A stretch of DNA of 64,000 nt, taken from NCBI GenBank assembly GCA_963813535.1, contig CAWEZH010000002.1, positions 896,001 through 960,000 on the forward strand. Reading direction: 5' to 3'. Numbering within the stretch: the first letter of the stretch is position 1; the number at the start of each line of letters is the position of its first letter. Shown here one piece after another: positions 28,732 to 38,866 of the stretch. Origin of the DNA: an uncultured Chloroflexia bacterium (GTDB taxonomy: Bacteria > Chloroflexota > Limnocylindria > Limnocylindrales > CSP1-4). The position numbers were made by a program, and so were the translations under genes. The notes beneath the pieces were generated by a model, which saw nothing but the letters and a program-made list of their open reading frames with translations, was not told the origin of the DNA and ran no database searches.

Positions 28732-30687
28732 ATGCCCGAGCTCCTCACCGAATCCTTCTGCGAACGCTGCGGCACGCGCTACACGTTCGAGTCCGCGGCA
28801 CCGCGGGGCCCCCGGCTCAAGGGCCTCAAGGTCGCTTCGCGCGGGTTGCGCAACTTCGTCATGTCCGACGACACGTCGATGGACGAAGCGATGGCGGCGG
28901 CTCGCAACGATGCCGATCGCGAGCAGACGTCGCAGCAGCTCGAGGCATTCCACAAGACCTTCAACTTCTGCATGGACTGCCGCCAGTACACATGCGCCAA
29001 CTGCTGGAACGAGGGCGAGGGTCGCTGCCTGTCCTGCGCGCCGCTGTTCGGTCTCGAGCCGGCCACGACCTTCGGCAACGTCGCTGCCGGAGGCGCCGTC
29101 ACGGTCAGCGGGTCCGAGGCGATCGGGCTCCAGGAGCGGAACGGGCACGATGGGCAGGCCGCACCAGAGCCGATGGCTTGGCCGACGTCCGATCTCATGC
29201 GTCAGGCCGAAGCCGCCGCCGCACCACCGCCGCTAGAGATCGCTGAGGAGCCGGTCCAGGCCGAGCCGCCGCTGGCACCTGACGAGGCAGACACGCCGGT
29301 GACGCCAGTCGCGGCGGAGCCGCCGTTCGAGGCCGAACTACCGGCAGCGGCGTTCGAGCCCGAGCCGCCGCAGGTGACGCCCGTCGCCGACGTGCCCGCA
29401 GCGCACGTCGAGGCGGAGCCGGTCACCGAGGCGCCATATCTCGATGACCTCAGCGCCCTCGCCGACGACGTCGAGCCGATCGATTTCGCGGCTCGCCTCG
29501 CGGCCGTCTCCGGTCCGGCGGCCGCGGTAGCGGGGCCCTCCACCGACGCGGTGCCCGAGGAGATCACGCCCGAACCGATCACGTTCGACGCCCCGGCCGA
29601 GCCCGACCGTCCGGTCGTCGTCGAGCCGTTCCAGCCGCTTCCCGCGGTCGAAGCGGCACGGCCGCCCGAGGTCGAGGCTCCAGCCCCAGCGGCGGCAGCC
29701 GCCCCGGCGGAACCCACCGACCCGCTCGCGCCGGTCGTCGAGGAGGTCGACGACCGCGCCGCTGCGGCCGCTGCCAACACGTCGGACCTGCTGCAGCGGT
29801 TCCGACCGGGCGAGAGCCTCGACGATGAGATCGAGGCATACGAGCGCTCGCACGTTGACGCCGTGGCGCCAGCGCCCGAACCGGTCGCTGCGTCCGAGCC
29901 ACCCTTCGTGCCGTCCGTACCCGAACCGTCGCCCCAGCCGGAGCCCGTCGTCCCGATCGCGGCAGCGCACGAGCCAGTCGACGTCTACCCGGAGCCCGAG
30001 CCAGAACCGGTGGAGGCGTTCGCACCGCCCGCTCCGATCGCGCCCGCTCCTGGACCGGAGATCGTCGAGGCGGCACCGGAACCGGAGGTTCCACCGGCCG
30101 AGCTGCCGGAGTGGCTGCGCCCAGCGATCGTCCTGGAGTCCGTTGCAGCCGCGCCGGAGCCGGAGCCCGAGCCTGTCGCCGCCGCGCCGGAGCCCGAGCC
30201 TGTCGCCGCCGCGCCGGAGCCGGAGCCCGAGCCTGTCGCCGCCGCGCCGGAGCCGGAGCCCGAGCCTGTCGCCGCCGCGCCGGAACCGGAGCCCGAGCCG
30301 GAGCCACGCGTCGATGTCGTCCCGCAGCCGACGTGGCAGATCGTCGCCCCCGACAGCACCCCCGTCGTCGAGACGCCCATCGCCCCGACGCAGGAGCCCG
30401 TCCAGCCCCCGACCGACGCGGTCGCAGCGAGCGCCGAGCCGCAGTGGCCCGCGCAGCCCGAATGGCCGACGCGCGAACCCGCTGCGGGCCTGCCATTCCT
30501 CAATCGACCGCCGGCTGCGACCGGTGGGATCGAAGCACTGTGGGCCGCATCGGCCCAGGAGGTCGCACAGGTCGGCCAGGCGACCGCGACCCGACCGAGC
30601 ACTGGCGTCCAGCCATGTGTCAGTTGCGGACTATCGCTCTCGGCGAACGCTCGCTTCTGCCGCCGTTGCGGGACTCGCCAGGGCTGA
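28732..30687 (+). CDS. Zinc-finger-bracketed acidic Pro/Glu/Ala-rich protein of unknown function
   Basis: N-terminal CERC..CMDC..CANC..CLSC; long low-complexity middle; C-terminal CVSC..CRRC. Confidence 0.8.
   Translation: MPELLTESFCERCGTRYTFESAAPRGPRLKGLKVASRGLRNFVMSDDTSMDEAMAAARNDADREQTSQQLEAFHKTFNFCMDCRQYTCANCWNEGEGRCLSCAPLFGLEPATTFGNVAAGGAVTVSGSEAIGLQERNGHDGQAAPEPMAWPTSDLMRQAEAAAAPPPLEIAEEPVQAEPPLAPDEADTPVTPVAAEPPFEAELPAAAFEPEPPQVTPVADVPAAHVEAEPVTEAPYLDDLSALADDVEPIDFAARLAAVSGPAAAVAGPSTDAVPEEITPEPITFDAPAEPDRPVVVEPFQPLPAVEAARPPEVEAPAPAAAAAPAEPTDPLAPVVEEVDDRAAAAAANTSDLLQRFRPGESLDDEIEAYERSHVDAVAPAPEPVAASEPPFVPSVPEPSPQPEPVVPIAAAHEPVDVYPEPEPEPVEAFAPPAPIAPAPGPEIVEAAPEPEVPPAELPEWLRPAIVLESVAAAPEPEPEPVAAAPEPEPVAAAPEPEPEPVAAAPEPEPEPVAAAPEPEPEPEPRVDVVPQPTWQIVAPDSTPVVETPIAPTQEPVQPPTDAVAASAEPQWPAQPEWPTREPAAGLPFLNRPPAATGGIEALWAASAQEVAQVGQATATRPSTGVQPCVSCGLSLSANARFCRRCGTRQG
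30148..30306 (+). repeat. Coding tandem repeat, 5 units of 27-33 bp (AAPEPEPEPVA)
   Basis: gccgcgccggagccggagcccgagcctgtcgcc x3, one 27-bp variant and one degenerate unit. Confidence 0.95.
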
Positions 30688-30710
30688 CCGGCCCCGGCCA
30701 CGCCCGGAGA

Positions 30711-31631
30711 TCAGCCGCCGACCTCCGCGTCCCCAGGCCCTCCACCACGGGACGACCCGTCACCGCCGCTCGATCCTTCGTCTCCGGCCGTCATCTCGTC
30801 GTCGCGGATCCGTACCCAGGCGGCTCCGTACAGCAGGATCTGGAACGAGAACGACAGCCACGCGAGCGCGATGAACGACGTGGCCAGCGGTCCTGCGAGG
30901 GTCGCGACACCGACCACGCGTGGCGCAAGGAACCCGAACAGCTGGGCGAGCACGAAGATCCCGCTGCCCGCGACGATCGCGGGTGGCAGCGCGGCGCGCC
31001 ACGCCGGCGCGCGGGGCGGCACGACCACGTAGATCACCAACATGACACCGACCGTCACGAGGAGGATGACCCCCGGTGACGTGGCGATCCGGCCGAAAGC
31101 CGACAGCGCGGTCGACGAGGTCGGCAGCAGGGCCTCGGCGGCGGCCGCCAGTGACCCGCCGACGATCAGCGCGACGACCACACCGACCAGCCCCGCCACC
31201 CACATGAACCCTCGGGCCGTCCGATGCAGGACGTCGCGCTCGGGCCGGTCCGCGAAGATCCGCGAGAAGGCGATGTCGAGCGTCACGTAGAACTGGCTGA
31301 CCGTCCATATCAGGCCGGCGATACCGATCACGGATGCCAGCGCCGCTCCCTGCGCCATCGACACCAGGGCCTGCTCGATGAGCTCCCGGAGCGGCGGGAT
31401 GACGTCCGTCAGTGCCGTCGCGAGCTGCTCCTGGACCTGTGGATCCTTGACGAGCAATCCGGCGACCCCGAGGGTGACGAGCGCGATCGGGACGGTCGCG
31501 AAGAGCGCCGTGAACGCCAGCCCGTTGGCCAGCAGGCCGCCCGGCGCGTGGGCGTAGACATCGAGGACCTTGCGGATGACCACGACCGCCGGTCGATCGA
31601 GGACGCGCTCCAGGACCGCCGGGATCTGCAT
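30711..31631 (-). CDS. YihY/virulence factor BrkB family membrane protein
   Basis: GGLLANGLAFTALF, multiple TMs, LAWLSFSFQILLYGA. Confidence 0.85.
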   Translation of the reverse strand: MQIPAVLERVLDRPAVVVIRKVLDVYAHAPGGLLANGLAFTALFATVPIALVTLGVAGLLVKDPQVQEQLATALTDVIPPLRELIEQALVSMAQGAALASVIGIAGLIWTVSQFYVTLDIAFSRIFADRPERDVLHRTARGFMWVAGLVGVVVALIVGGSLAAAAEALLPTSSTALSAFGRIATSPGVILLVTVGVMLVIYVVVPPRAPAWRAALPPAIVAGSGIFVLAQLFGFLAPRVVGVATLAGPLATSFIALAWLSFSFQILLYGAAWVRIRDDEMTAGDEGSSGGDGSSRGGGPGDAEVGG

Positions 31632-31694
31632 GCCGGATCGTCAGGCGCGGTCGACGCCCGGTCGACTCCTCGGGACGACGACCAACGACACGGG

Positions 31695-32078
31695 TCAGTC
31701 GCTCGTGGTCGTCGACGACGAGGTCGACGTCTTGGCGGACCCCGCGTCCTTGGCCGGCTTCGAACTATCGCTGGGTGTCGCCTTCCGCTCCTCGGTGGAT
31801 GTCGACTTCCCCTCCTCGCTGGACGTCGACTTCCCCTCGCCGCCGGTCGCCTCGCCGTCGGTGCCCTCGCCCTTCGAGGCGCTCGAGGACTTCACTGCGG
31901 CGCGACGGTCCCTCTTCGCCCAGCCCGAACCCTTGAAATGGACCGCCGGCGCAGCGACCGCCTTCCTGACCGGCCCCGAGCCGCACAACGGGCATCGTGC
32001 GGGTGGTCCGTCGTGGATCCCGTGGATGACCTCGAAGCGACGACCACAGGCGGCACAGTCGTAGTCGTACAGGGGCAC
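31695..32078 (-). CDS. FmdB family zinc-ribbon protein
   Basis: MPLYDYDCAACG..CPLCG..FKGSGW with Ser/Lys-rich tail. Confidence 0.9.
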   Translation of the reverse strand: MPLYDYDCAACGRRFEVIHGIHDGPPARCPLCGSGPVRKAVAAPAVHFKGSGWAKRDRRAAVKSSSASKGEGTDGEATGGEGKSTSSEEGKSTSTEERKATPSDSSKPAKDAGSAKTSTSSSTTTSD

Positions 32079-32093
32079 GGTTCGGGTCGCGAT

Positions 32094-32852
32094 TCAGCCG
32101 CGGAGGAGCCGCATCCCGCACTTCGGGCAGTAGAACGCCCGCTCGTGGGCGGATGCGAACCCGCAATGGGCGCACACCAGGCCACCCCGACCGGCGGCCG
32201 GGACGGGACGCTCGATCGTGGTCAACCCGACCGCATGCTGGTTCGCAAGGATGTTGGTGAGGATCCCGGCCAGCAGCTTGCTGCCGGTTCGATCGGTATC
32301 ACCACGGACCCCACGCCCACCCCAGCCGACCACGGCGCGACAGATCATGTCGCCCGTCGCCTCGTCCCAGTGGGCAGCCACGCCACCGATGATGGCGTTG
32401 TACTCGGGGTAGCCGCTCGTATCGACCTCGCCGTCGAGCATCGCGCAGACGAACGTATCGAAGGCCAGATCGACCGCGTCGATCGATTCCAGGACCACCA
32501 GCGCGTGCCGCGTGATCGGCGAGTGGATGTGGTGCGCGTTCAGCCACTGCATCGCCTCGGAGGGACGGGCGATCGTCGGTGTGGCCTGGCTGAACTCGAT
32601 CGGCAGCGGCTCGACGACCTCGATCTCCGAATCGGCCAGCCCGACCAGCATCGACGGCAGCTCGGCCATCGCCTTGGGGCCGGCGTTCATGCGCACGCCT
32701 TCGCTGGTCTTCCCGGCGTAGTAGAGCTTGAGCTGGAATTCCTGGGCGACGACCTCCTCGGGCATGACGATCGAGCCGGTCGGCGCCGGCGCCGCGGGCT
32801 GCGGTTCGTCCGGCTCGGGGGCGTTCCTTCGCTTCAGGAAATCGAGCGGCAC
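32094..32852 (-). CDS. Hypothetical protein with C-terminal zinc ribbon
   Basis: GGAGG RBS, coding-like codon usage, CAHCG..YCPKCG. Confidence 0.8.
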   Translation of the reverse strand: MPLDFLKRRNAPEPDEPQPAAPAPTGSIVMPEEVVAQEFQLKLYYAGKTSEGVRMNAGPKAMAELPSMLVGLADSEIEVVEPLPIEFSQATPTIARPSEAMQWLNAHHIHSPITRHALVVLESIDAVDLAFDTFVCAMLDGEVDTSGYPEYNAIIGGVAAHWDEATGDMICRAVVGWGGRGVRGDTDRTGSKLLAGILTNILANQHAVGLTTIERPVPAAGRGGLVCAHCGFASAHERAFYCPKCGMRLLRG

Positions 32853-32919
32853 TGGGCCACCTCCGGAGTCGAGTCGAGCGTGATGCGGGGGCCATCGTAG
32901 CAGCGCACGATCGGCCGGC

Positions 32920-34599
32920 TCAGCCCGCCTGCAGGATCACGGCTTCGAGTGGCCGGAGCACCAGCGTCGTCCGGTCGATCGGTCCGCTCGGGTCGAGGTG
33001 GGAGCCACTGATCGGGCGATAGGTCTCCGCGGCCCCGCTCGGCAGCGTGGCGATGCGGGGTTCGCCGGCGAAGTTGGCGACGATGAGCAGCCGCTCCCCG
33101 GGCGTATCGCGGTGCCATGCCAGGACGTCGGGCGTGCCGGTCGTTGCCAGGCGCAGCGTCCCGGAACGGAGGGCTTCGGACGACCGTCGCAGCGCGATCA
33201 GGCGGCGGTAGGTCGACAGGACGGATCCCTCGTCGTCCAGCTGCCCGGCCACGTTGCGCTCCGCCGCGTCGTCGCCGAACCGGAGCCACGGGCGGCCGAT
33301 CGTGAAGCCGTGTCCCCGCTCGGCCGACCAGGGCATCGGCGAGCGGCACTGGTCGCGGTTCCACCACTCGAAGTCGGGGTCGATGAGCGCCCGCCGCGCG
33401 GGTGGGTCGATGATCTCGTCGACCGGGATCGCGACATCGCGAAGACCGAGTTCCTCCCCGTAGTAGAGGAACGGCGTGCCCCTGATCGTCAGAAGGACGA
33501 CCGCGGCGGCCTTGGCGACCGCATCGCTGTCGGCGATGCCGGCCGAGTCGGCAAGGCGGCTGGCCTGGCGGGACTGGTCATGGTTCGAGAGCACGTTCGC
33601 GAGCCATCGATGGTCGCCGAATAACGTCTCCCGGAGCCAGATCGCGTCGCCGTACGCATCCGACGACCACGGTGCGGCCAGGAGGGCCCAGTCGAACACC
33701 ATGTGCCGGTCGGTGGTCAGGGCGACGGCGCGTTCCGCCTCGCTCGCGAACAGCTCACCGACGGACATCCGTCCGGGCCGTTCGTCGAGGATCGACCGGA
33801 AGCGACCGATGAGGTCCGGGAAGTCGGGCTGGTCGCGGTCATACAGGTGCTGCTGGCGCGCCCATAGGGTCGCCCCCTCGATCTCCGGGTTGGCGAGCAG
33901 CTCGGGATGCTTGAGGAAGGCGTTGAAGACGTCGAGGCGGAAGCCGTCTACGCCCCGGTCGAGCCAGCCACGAACCATGGCGAACTGGGCCTGCTCGACC
34001 GCCGGGAGCCGCCAGTTGAGCTCGGGTTGCTCGACGAGGAAGGTGTGCAGATAGAACTGCCCGCGAGGCTCGTCCCACTGCCAGGCCGAGCCACCGAACC
34101 ACGACAGCCAGTTGTTCGGGGGGATGGGTGTGCCGCTCTCGTCGACGCCGGCAGCGTCGCGCCACAGGTACCAATCGGCCCACTCGTTGTCGCGCGACGA
34201 GCGGCTCGCCTGGAACCACGCATGGTGGTCGCTGGTGTGGTTCATGACCAGGTCGAGGATGATCCGCAGACCTCGCCGGTGGGCCTCGGCCACCAGGTGG
34301 TCGAAGGCGGCATCGCCGCCGAACAGCTCGTCGACGGTCGTGTGATCGCTGACGTCGTACCCGACGTCGCGACCTGGCGACGGGTAGATCGGCGACAGCC
34401 AGAGGGCATCGACGCCCAGTTCGCGCAGGTAGTCGAGCCGGTCGATGATGCCCTGCAGGTCACCCACGCCATCGCCGTCGCTGTCGGCGAAGCTGCGCGG
34501 GTAGATCTGGTAGATGACCCCGTTTCGCCACCAGTCGTCACCGAATGTCGGCGCGACCACCGCCGAGGGTTGCGATCCGGCGCCCGTCCCCTGTGTCAT
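32920..34599 (-). CDS. GH13 alpha-glucosidase / oligo-1,6-glucosidase
   Basis: IYQIYPRSFADS, DLVMNHTS, DGFRLDV, VGE, NHD, GTPFLYYGEELG, RDQCRSPMPW. Confidence 0.93.
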   Translation of the reverse strand: MTQGTGAGSQPSAVVAPTFGDDWWRNGVIYQIYPRSFADSDGDGVGDLQGIIDRLDYLRELGVDALWLSPIYPSPGRDVGYDVSDHTTVDELFGGDAAFDHLVAEAHRRGLRIILDLVMNHTSDHHAWFQASRSSRDNEWADWYLWRDAAGVDESGTPIPPNNWLSWFGGSAWQWDEPRGQFYLHTFLVEQPELNWRLPAVEQAQFAMVRGWLDRGVDGFRLDVFNAFLKHPELLANPEIEGATLWARQQHLYDRDQPDFPDLIGRFRSILDERPGRMSVGELFASEAERAVALTTDRHMVFDWALLAAPWSSDAYGDAIWLRETLFGDHRWLANVLSNHDQSRQASRLADSAGIADSDAVAKAAAVVLLTIRGTPFLYYGEELGLRDVAIPVDEIIDPPARRALIDPDFEWWNRDQCRSPMPWSAERGHGFTIGRPWLRFGDDAAERNVAGQLDDEGSVLSTYRRLIALRRSSEALRSGTLRLATTGTPDVLAWHRDTPGERLLIVANFAGEPRIATLPSGAAETYRPISGSHLDPSGPIDRTTLVLRPLEAVILQAG

Positions 34600-34643
34600 G
34601 GCCGAAAGCCTACGGCACGAGACCCTCGATATACTCGCCCGCG

Positions 34644-35810
34644 ATGACGTCCCAGCCCTCTGCCGGCCGGTCGTCCGACCGCGTGCGTATCGGGATCGCC
34701 GGCCTGGGAGCCGTGGCGCAAGCCGTCCACCTCCCCCTCATCGAGCGCCTCCGGGACGCCTTCGCGATCGACGCCATCGCCGACCTGTCCCCGAGCCTGA
34801 CGATCGCGATCGGCGAGCGCTACCAGGTGCCGCCGGACCGCCGCTTCGACACGGTCGAGGCGCTGGTCGGCGCCGCCGGGCTCGACGCGGTGGCGATCCT
34901 CACCTCCGGCTCGCACGCGCCCGCGGTCGACCTGGCGCTCGACGCGGGCCTGCCGGTCTTCGCCGAGAAGCCGCTCGCCTACACCCTCGCGGAGGTCGAT
35001 GCGATCGAGCGGCGGCTGGCCAGAGCGTCGCGCGCCCGGCTGCAGCTCGGCTACATGAAGCTGGACGACCCGGCGGTCGTGCACGCGCGACGGGTCGCGG
35101 ATGAGCGCGGGTACGGCCCACCCCGCGCCATCGAGGTCACCGTGCTCCATCCCACGTCGGAGGCGCAGTTGGCGCACGCCCGCCTGCTGCCGCCACCCGA
35201 CGACATCCCGTCCGGCGTGCGCGCAGCGCTCACCGACCTGACGGATCGGCTGCGCCGCGAGGCGCTGGGCGCGGCGGCAGCACGCGCGTTCGGGCGCCTC
35301 TACTCCGAGATCCTGCTCGGCAGCGTCGTCCACGAGCTGGCACTCGTCAGGGCGTTCGCCGGGGATCCGACCGCGGTCGACGCTCTGGACGTATGGCCCG
35401 GCGACACGTGGCCCCCATCCGTCCAGCTGACCGGCCACCTCCCGGCCGATGGTCGCGTCGCGATCCGCTGGCACTTCCTCCCGGACTATCCCGCATACCG
35501 CGAGCTGGTCCGGGTCGTCTACGAGGCGTCGACCATCGAGCTCGAGTTCCCGTCGCCCTACCTCCTGCACCGCCCGACGGTCCTGCGCATCACGTCGACC
35601 GACGCCGGCGGGCGGCGTGACGAGGTCTGGACCTCGACCGAGGAGGCGTTCGAGACCGAGCTGCTCGCCTTCCATCGGCTGGTCGTCGAGGGTCGTCCCG
35701 CTGCAGCCGGCGTGGCCGAGGGTCGCGCCGACATCGTCACGTGCCAGCGCGCGATCGCGGCCGTCGCCGCGTCGCGTGGCATCGAGATCGGTGGCGAGGC
35801 CGCCCGGTGA
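34644..35810 (+). CDS. Gfo/Idh/MocA family oxidoreductase
   Basis: GIAGLGAVAQ, AEKPLA, GYMK. Confidence 0.88.
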   Translation: MTSQPSAGRSSDRVRIGIAGLGAVAQAVHLPLIERLRDAFAIDAIADLSPSLTIAIGERYQVPPDRRFDTVEALVGAAGLDAVAILTSGSHAPAVDLALDAGLPVFAEKPLAYTLAEVDAIERRLARASRARLQLGYMKLDDPAVVHARRVADERGYGPPRAIEVTVLHPTSEAQLAHARLLPPPDDIPSGVRAALTDLTDRLRREALGAAAARAFGRLYSEILLGSVVHELALVRAFAGDPTAVDALDVWPGDTWPPSVQLTGHLPADGRVAIRWHFLPDYPAYRELVRVVYEASTIELEFPSPYLLHRPTVLRITSTDAGGRRDEVWTSTEEAFETELLAFHRLVVEGRPAAAGVAEGRADIVTCQRAIAAVAASRGIEIGGEAAR

Positions 35811-38575
35811 CCGACCGCGCGGTCATCCATCTGGTCCCTCACACCCACTGGGACCGCGAGTGGTACGAGCCGTTCCAGGTCTTCCGGATGCGGCTCGTCG
35901 AGCTGATCGACCAGCTGCTCGAGCGGATGGCGGCCGACCCGCGGCTCCGCTTCACCCTCGACGGGCAGGCCGCCACGGTCGACGACTACCTCGAGATCCG
36001 CCCCGAGGCCGAGCCGCTCATCCGCGAGCTCATCGCCGAGGGCCGCCTCGCGATCGGTCCGTGGCAGATCCTGCTCGATGAGTTCCTCGTATCGGGCGAG
36101 ACGATCGTGCGCAACCTCGAGCTCGGCTGGGCGCGTGCCGAGTCGCTCGGTGGAGCGATGCGGGTCGGCTATCTGCCCGACATGTTCGGCCACATCGCCC
36201 AGATGCCCCAGATCCTGCGCCGCGCCGGGATCGACCGAGCGGTCGTCTGGCGCGGCGTCCCGGCGTCGATCGACCGCCACTCGTTCATGTGGCGCTCACC
36301 GGATGGTTCGACCGTCGACACGGAGTACCTGGTCGGCGGCTATGGGAATGGCGCGTACCTGTTCGACGTCCCGGACCGGCTCGGACCCAAGCTCGGCGAG
36401 TACCGCCGCCTGAACGCCGGTCCGTACGGCGACCGCTCGCTCCTCGCCATGTATGGGACCGATCACGCCGTCCCCTCGCCGATGCTGGCGGACCTCGTCG
36501 AGCTCGTGAACGCGGGCGACGGCGATGTCGAGGTCCGGCTGGCCACGCTGACCGAGTACCTCGACCGGGACCGCGACCAGCACCCGGGACCGGCGGGCGA
36601 GGCGCCCGCCTGGGATGGCGAGCTCCGGTCCGGGGCGCGCGCCAACATGCTGATGAACGTCATCTCGGCGCGGGTCGATCTCAAGGCCGCTGCGGCGCGC
36701 GCCGAACGCCGCCTCGAGCGGTATGCCGAGCCGCTGGCGGCGCTCCACGGCGATGCGTGGCCATCTCGCCTGCTCGAGCTCGCATGGCGGCGACTGATCG
36801 AGAACTCAGCGCACGACTCGATCTGCGGCTGTTCGCACGACGAGGTCGTGGCCCAGGTCATCAACCGCTACGCCGAAGCGGAGCAGATCGCATCCGGGCT
36901 GGTCGGCAGCGTTCTGCGTCGCATCGCGGGATCGGTGCCGGCCGGCGGCTGGGCGGTCGTCAACCCCTCTCCGGTCGACCGGCACGAGCTCGTCGAGCTC
37001 GACCTGGCGGTGCCGGCGACGTGGCCGTCCGTGGCCGTCCGCGTCGGGGACCGGGTGCTGCCCACGCAGGAGCTAGTTCGCGAGGGAGCCGTCCACGGCG
37101 TCGTCGAGGTTCGCGGCTCGGATGTCGCTGGGTTCTTCCGCCGGCGGCGTCACGGTCGCGAGCTGCTCGGCCGCTACATCAACGCGTCGGAGGTCGAGGC
37201 GGCGGGCACGTCCCCGCGCATCGTCGTCCACGTCGACCGGTTGGCCGAGCCGCCCGAGCTCGATGTCGAGGAGCTGGTCGGCTCGATCGTGGCCGCCGCC
37301 GAGGCGCGGCCGGACGACGTCTGGGAGGTCACGATCGAGGTCACGAAGCGGCGGCGGGTCCTGGCGCGGCTCCCCGCACCTGCCCTCGGATACGGCTGGG
37401 CCAGCGAACTGGAGGGCGACACGCTGGCGGTGGAGGCGATCCCCCACCCGGTCGAGGGGCACGACCGGACGATGCGCAATGGCCTGGTCGAGGTGACCGT
37501 GGCTGATGACGGCACGTTCCGACTCACCGGCGGCGGCGTCACGCTCGACGGGGTCGGCCGGATCGTCGAGGGCGGTGACGCCGGGGACAGCTACAACTAC
37601 GGGCCGCCGGCGGCCGATCGGCTCGTCGAACAGCCGGACCTGGTCGACATCAGGAGCGGCGCCAGCGGGCCCCTGCGGGCCGAGCTGACGATCATCCGGA
37701 CGTACGCCTGGCCGCGCGGGCTCAGCGCCGATACGCGAGCGCGCTCGGAGCGGACGGCGGAGACCGAGGTCACGACCATGCTCGAGCTGCGCGCCGACGA
37801 ACCGTTTCTGCGCGTCAGCCTGGCGTTCGACAACGACTCCAGCGACCACCGTGTCCGCTTCCACATCCCGCTGCCGGCACCTGTCACGGGCTCCGCGGCG
37901 GAGGGCCAGTTCGCGGTCGTCGAACGAGGCCTCGAGCAGGAGGGCGGTCATGGTGAGATGCCCCTGGCCACGTTCCCCGCGCTCGGGTTCGCCAGCGTCG
38001 AGGGCTGCAGCGTCCTCCTCGACCAGGTGACCGAGTACGAGGTGATCGACGGGCGCCAGCTGGCGCTGACCGTCCTGCGCTCGTTCGGCCTGATCAGTCG
38101 CAATTCGAACCCGTACCGGGAAGATCCGGCCGGACCCGAGGTGGAGGTGCCGGCAGCCCAGCTGCTGGGCACCCGCGCCTATCGATTCGCGCTGCTGCCG
38201 CATGGCGGGGCGTGGTCCGAGGCCGGCACGCCGGTGGCCGCGGAGCGCTATCGGCATCCATTCCTCGTGGTCCGTGGCAGCGGTGCCGCGGATGCCCCGA
38301 CGGCCGCCGTCCGCGGCCTCGCGATCGACGGCGAGGGGGTCGTGCTCAGCGCGGTGCGTAGGCGAGGCGACTGGCTCGAAGTACGCGTCGTCAACCAGGG
38401 CGGCAGTCGCCGCCGAGCCACCCTTCGGCTCCCGGCCGATGCCGCTCGCGAGGCCGATCTGCTCGGCCGTCCGGGCGCGCCGCTCGATGTCGCGCGCATG
38501 GCCGTGACCCTCGATCTCGACCCGTGGGAGATCCGCACGGTCCAGCTTCGTCCGACCCGCCCGGGCGTGTCCTAA
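35807..38575 (+). CDS. GH38 alpha-mannosidase family (MngB-like)
   Basis: HLVPHTHWDREWY, FTLDGQ, GYLPDMFGH, GTDH, NSAHDSICGCS. Confidence 0.92.
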   Translation: MTDRAVIHLVPHTHWDREWYEPFQVFRMRLVELIDQLLERMAADPRLRFTLDGQAATVDDYLEIRPEAEPLIRELIAEGRLAIGPWQILLDEFLVSGETIVRNLELGWARAESLGGAMRVGYLPDMFGHIAQMPQILRRAGIDRAVVWRGVPASIDRHSFMWRSPDGSTVDTEYLVGGYGNGAYLFDVPDRLGPKLGEYRRLNAGPYGDRSLLAMYGTDHAVPSPMLADLVELVNAGDGDVEVRLATLTEYLDRDRDQHPGPAGEAPAWDGELRSGARANMLMNVISARVDLKAAAARAERRLERYAEPLAALHGDAWPSRLLELAWRRLIENSAHDSICGCSHDEVVAQVINRYAEAEQIASGLVGSVLRRIAGSVPAGGWAVVNPSPVDRHELVELDLAVPATWPSVAVRVGDRVLPTQELVREGAVHGVVEVRGSDVAGFFRRRRHGRELLGRYINASEVEAAGTSPRIVVHVDRLAEPPELDVEELVGSIVAAAEARPDDVWEVTIEVTKRRRVLARLPAPALGYGWASELEGDTLAVEAIPHPVEGHDRTMRNGLVEVTVADDGTFRLTGGGVTLDGVGRIVEGGDAGDSYNYGPPAADRLVEQPDLVDIRSGASGPLRAELTIIRTYAWPRGLSADTRARSERTAETEVTTMLELRADEPFLRVSLAFDNDSSDHRVRFHIPLPAPVTGSAAEGQFAVVERGLEQEGGHGEMPLATFPALGFASVEGCSVLLDQVTEYEVIDGRQLALTVLRSFGLISRNSNPYREDPAGPEVEVPAAQLLGTRAYRFALLPHGGAWSEAGTPVAAERYRHPFLVVRGSGAADAPTAAVRGLAIDGEGVVLSAVRRRGDWLEVRVVNQGGSRRRATLRLPADAAREADLLGRPGAPLDVARMAVTLDLDPWEIRTVQLRPTRPGVS

Positions 38576-38610
38576 AAGGCTCGTCGTGGACGGCGGCCAT
38601 GACACGCGCC

Positions 38611-38647
38611 TGCAACGTTGACAGAACGTTCGAACGGACTCTAGGCT
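38611..38647 (+). promoter_or_regulatory. Sigma70-type promoter with overlapping LacI-like operator
   Basis: TTGACA 38618-38623, 18 nt spacer, TAGGCT 38642-38647; palindromes caacgttg and gaacgttc overlap it. Confidence 0.6.
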
Positions 38648-38866
38648 CAGCCCACTTTCGACCGGACCGCACCGTTGTGGGTGGACGGCGGGAGGCTCCG
38701 GTCACGACAGCTGACCGATCGGCGCTCAGGATGTGTACCGAGGCTCGATCGGCAGGTCGCCACCGGCGGAGGAGATCGCGAGTGGACGTGCCAGGCCGCC
38801 GTCAGTCGCGTACGCGAACGCCCGTCGTTGACGGGCACGCGCCATTTTGATTCGAGGAGGATCTCG

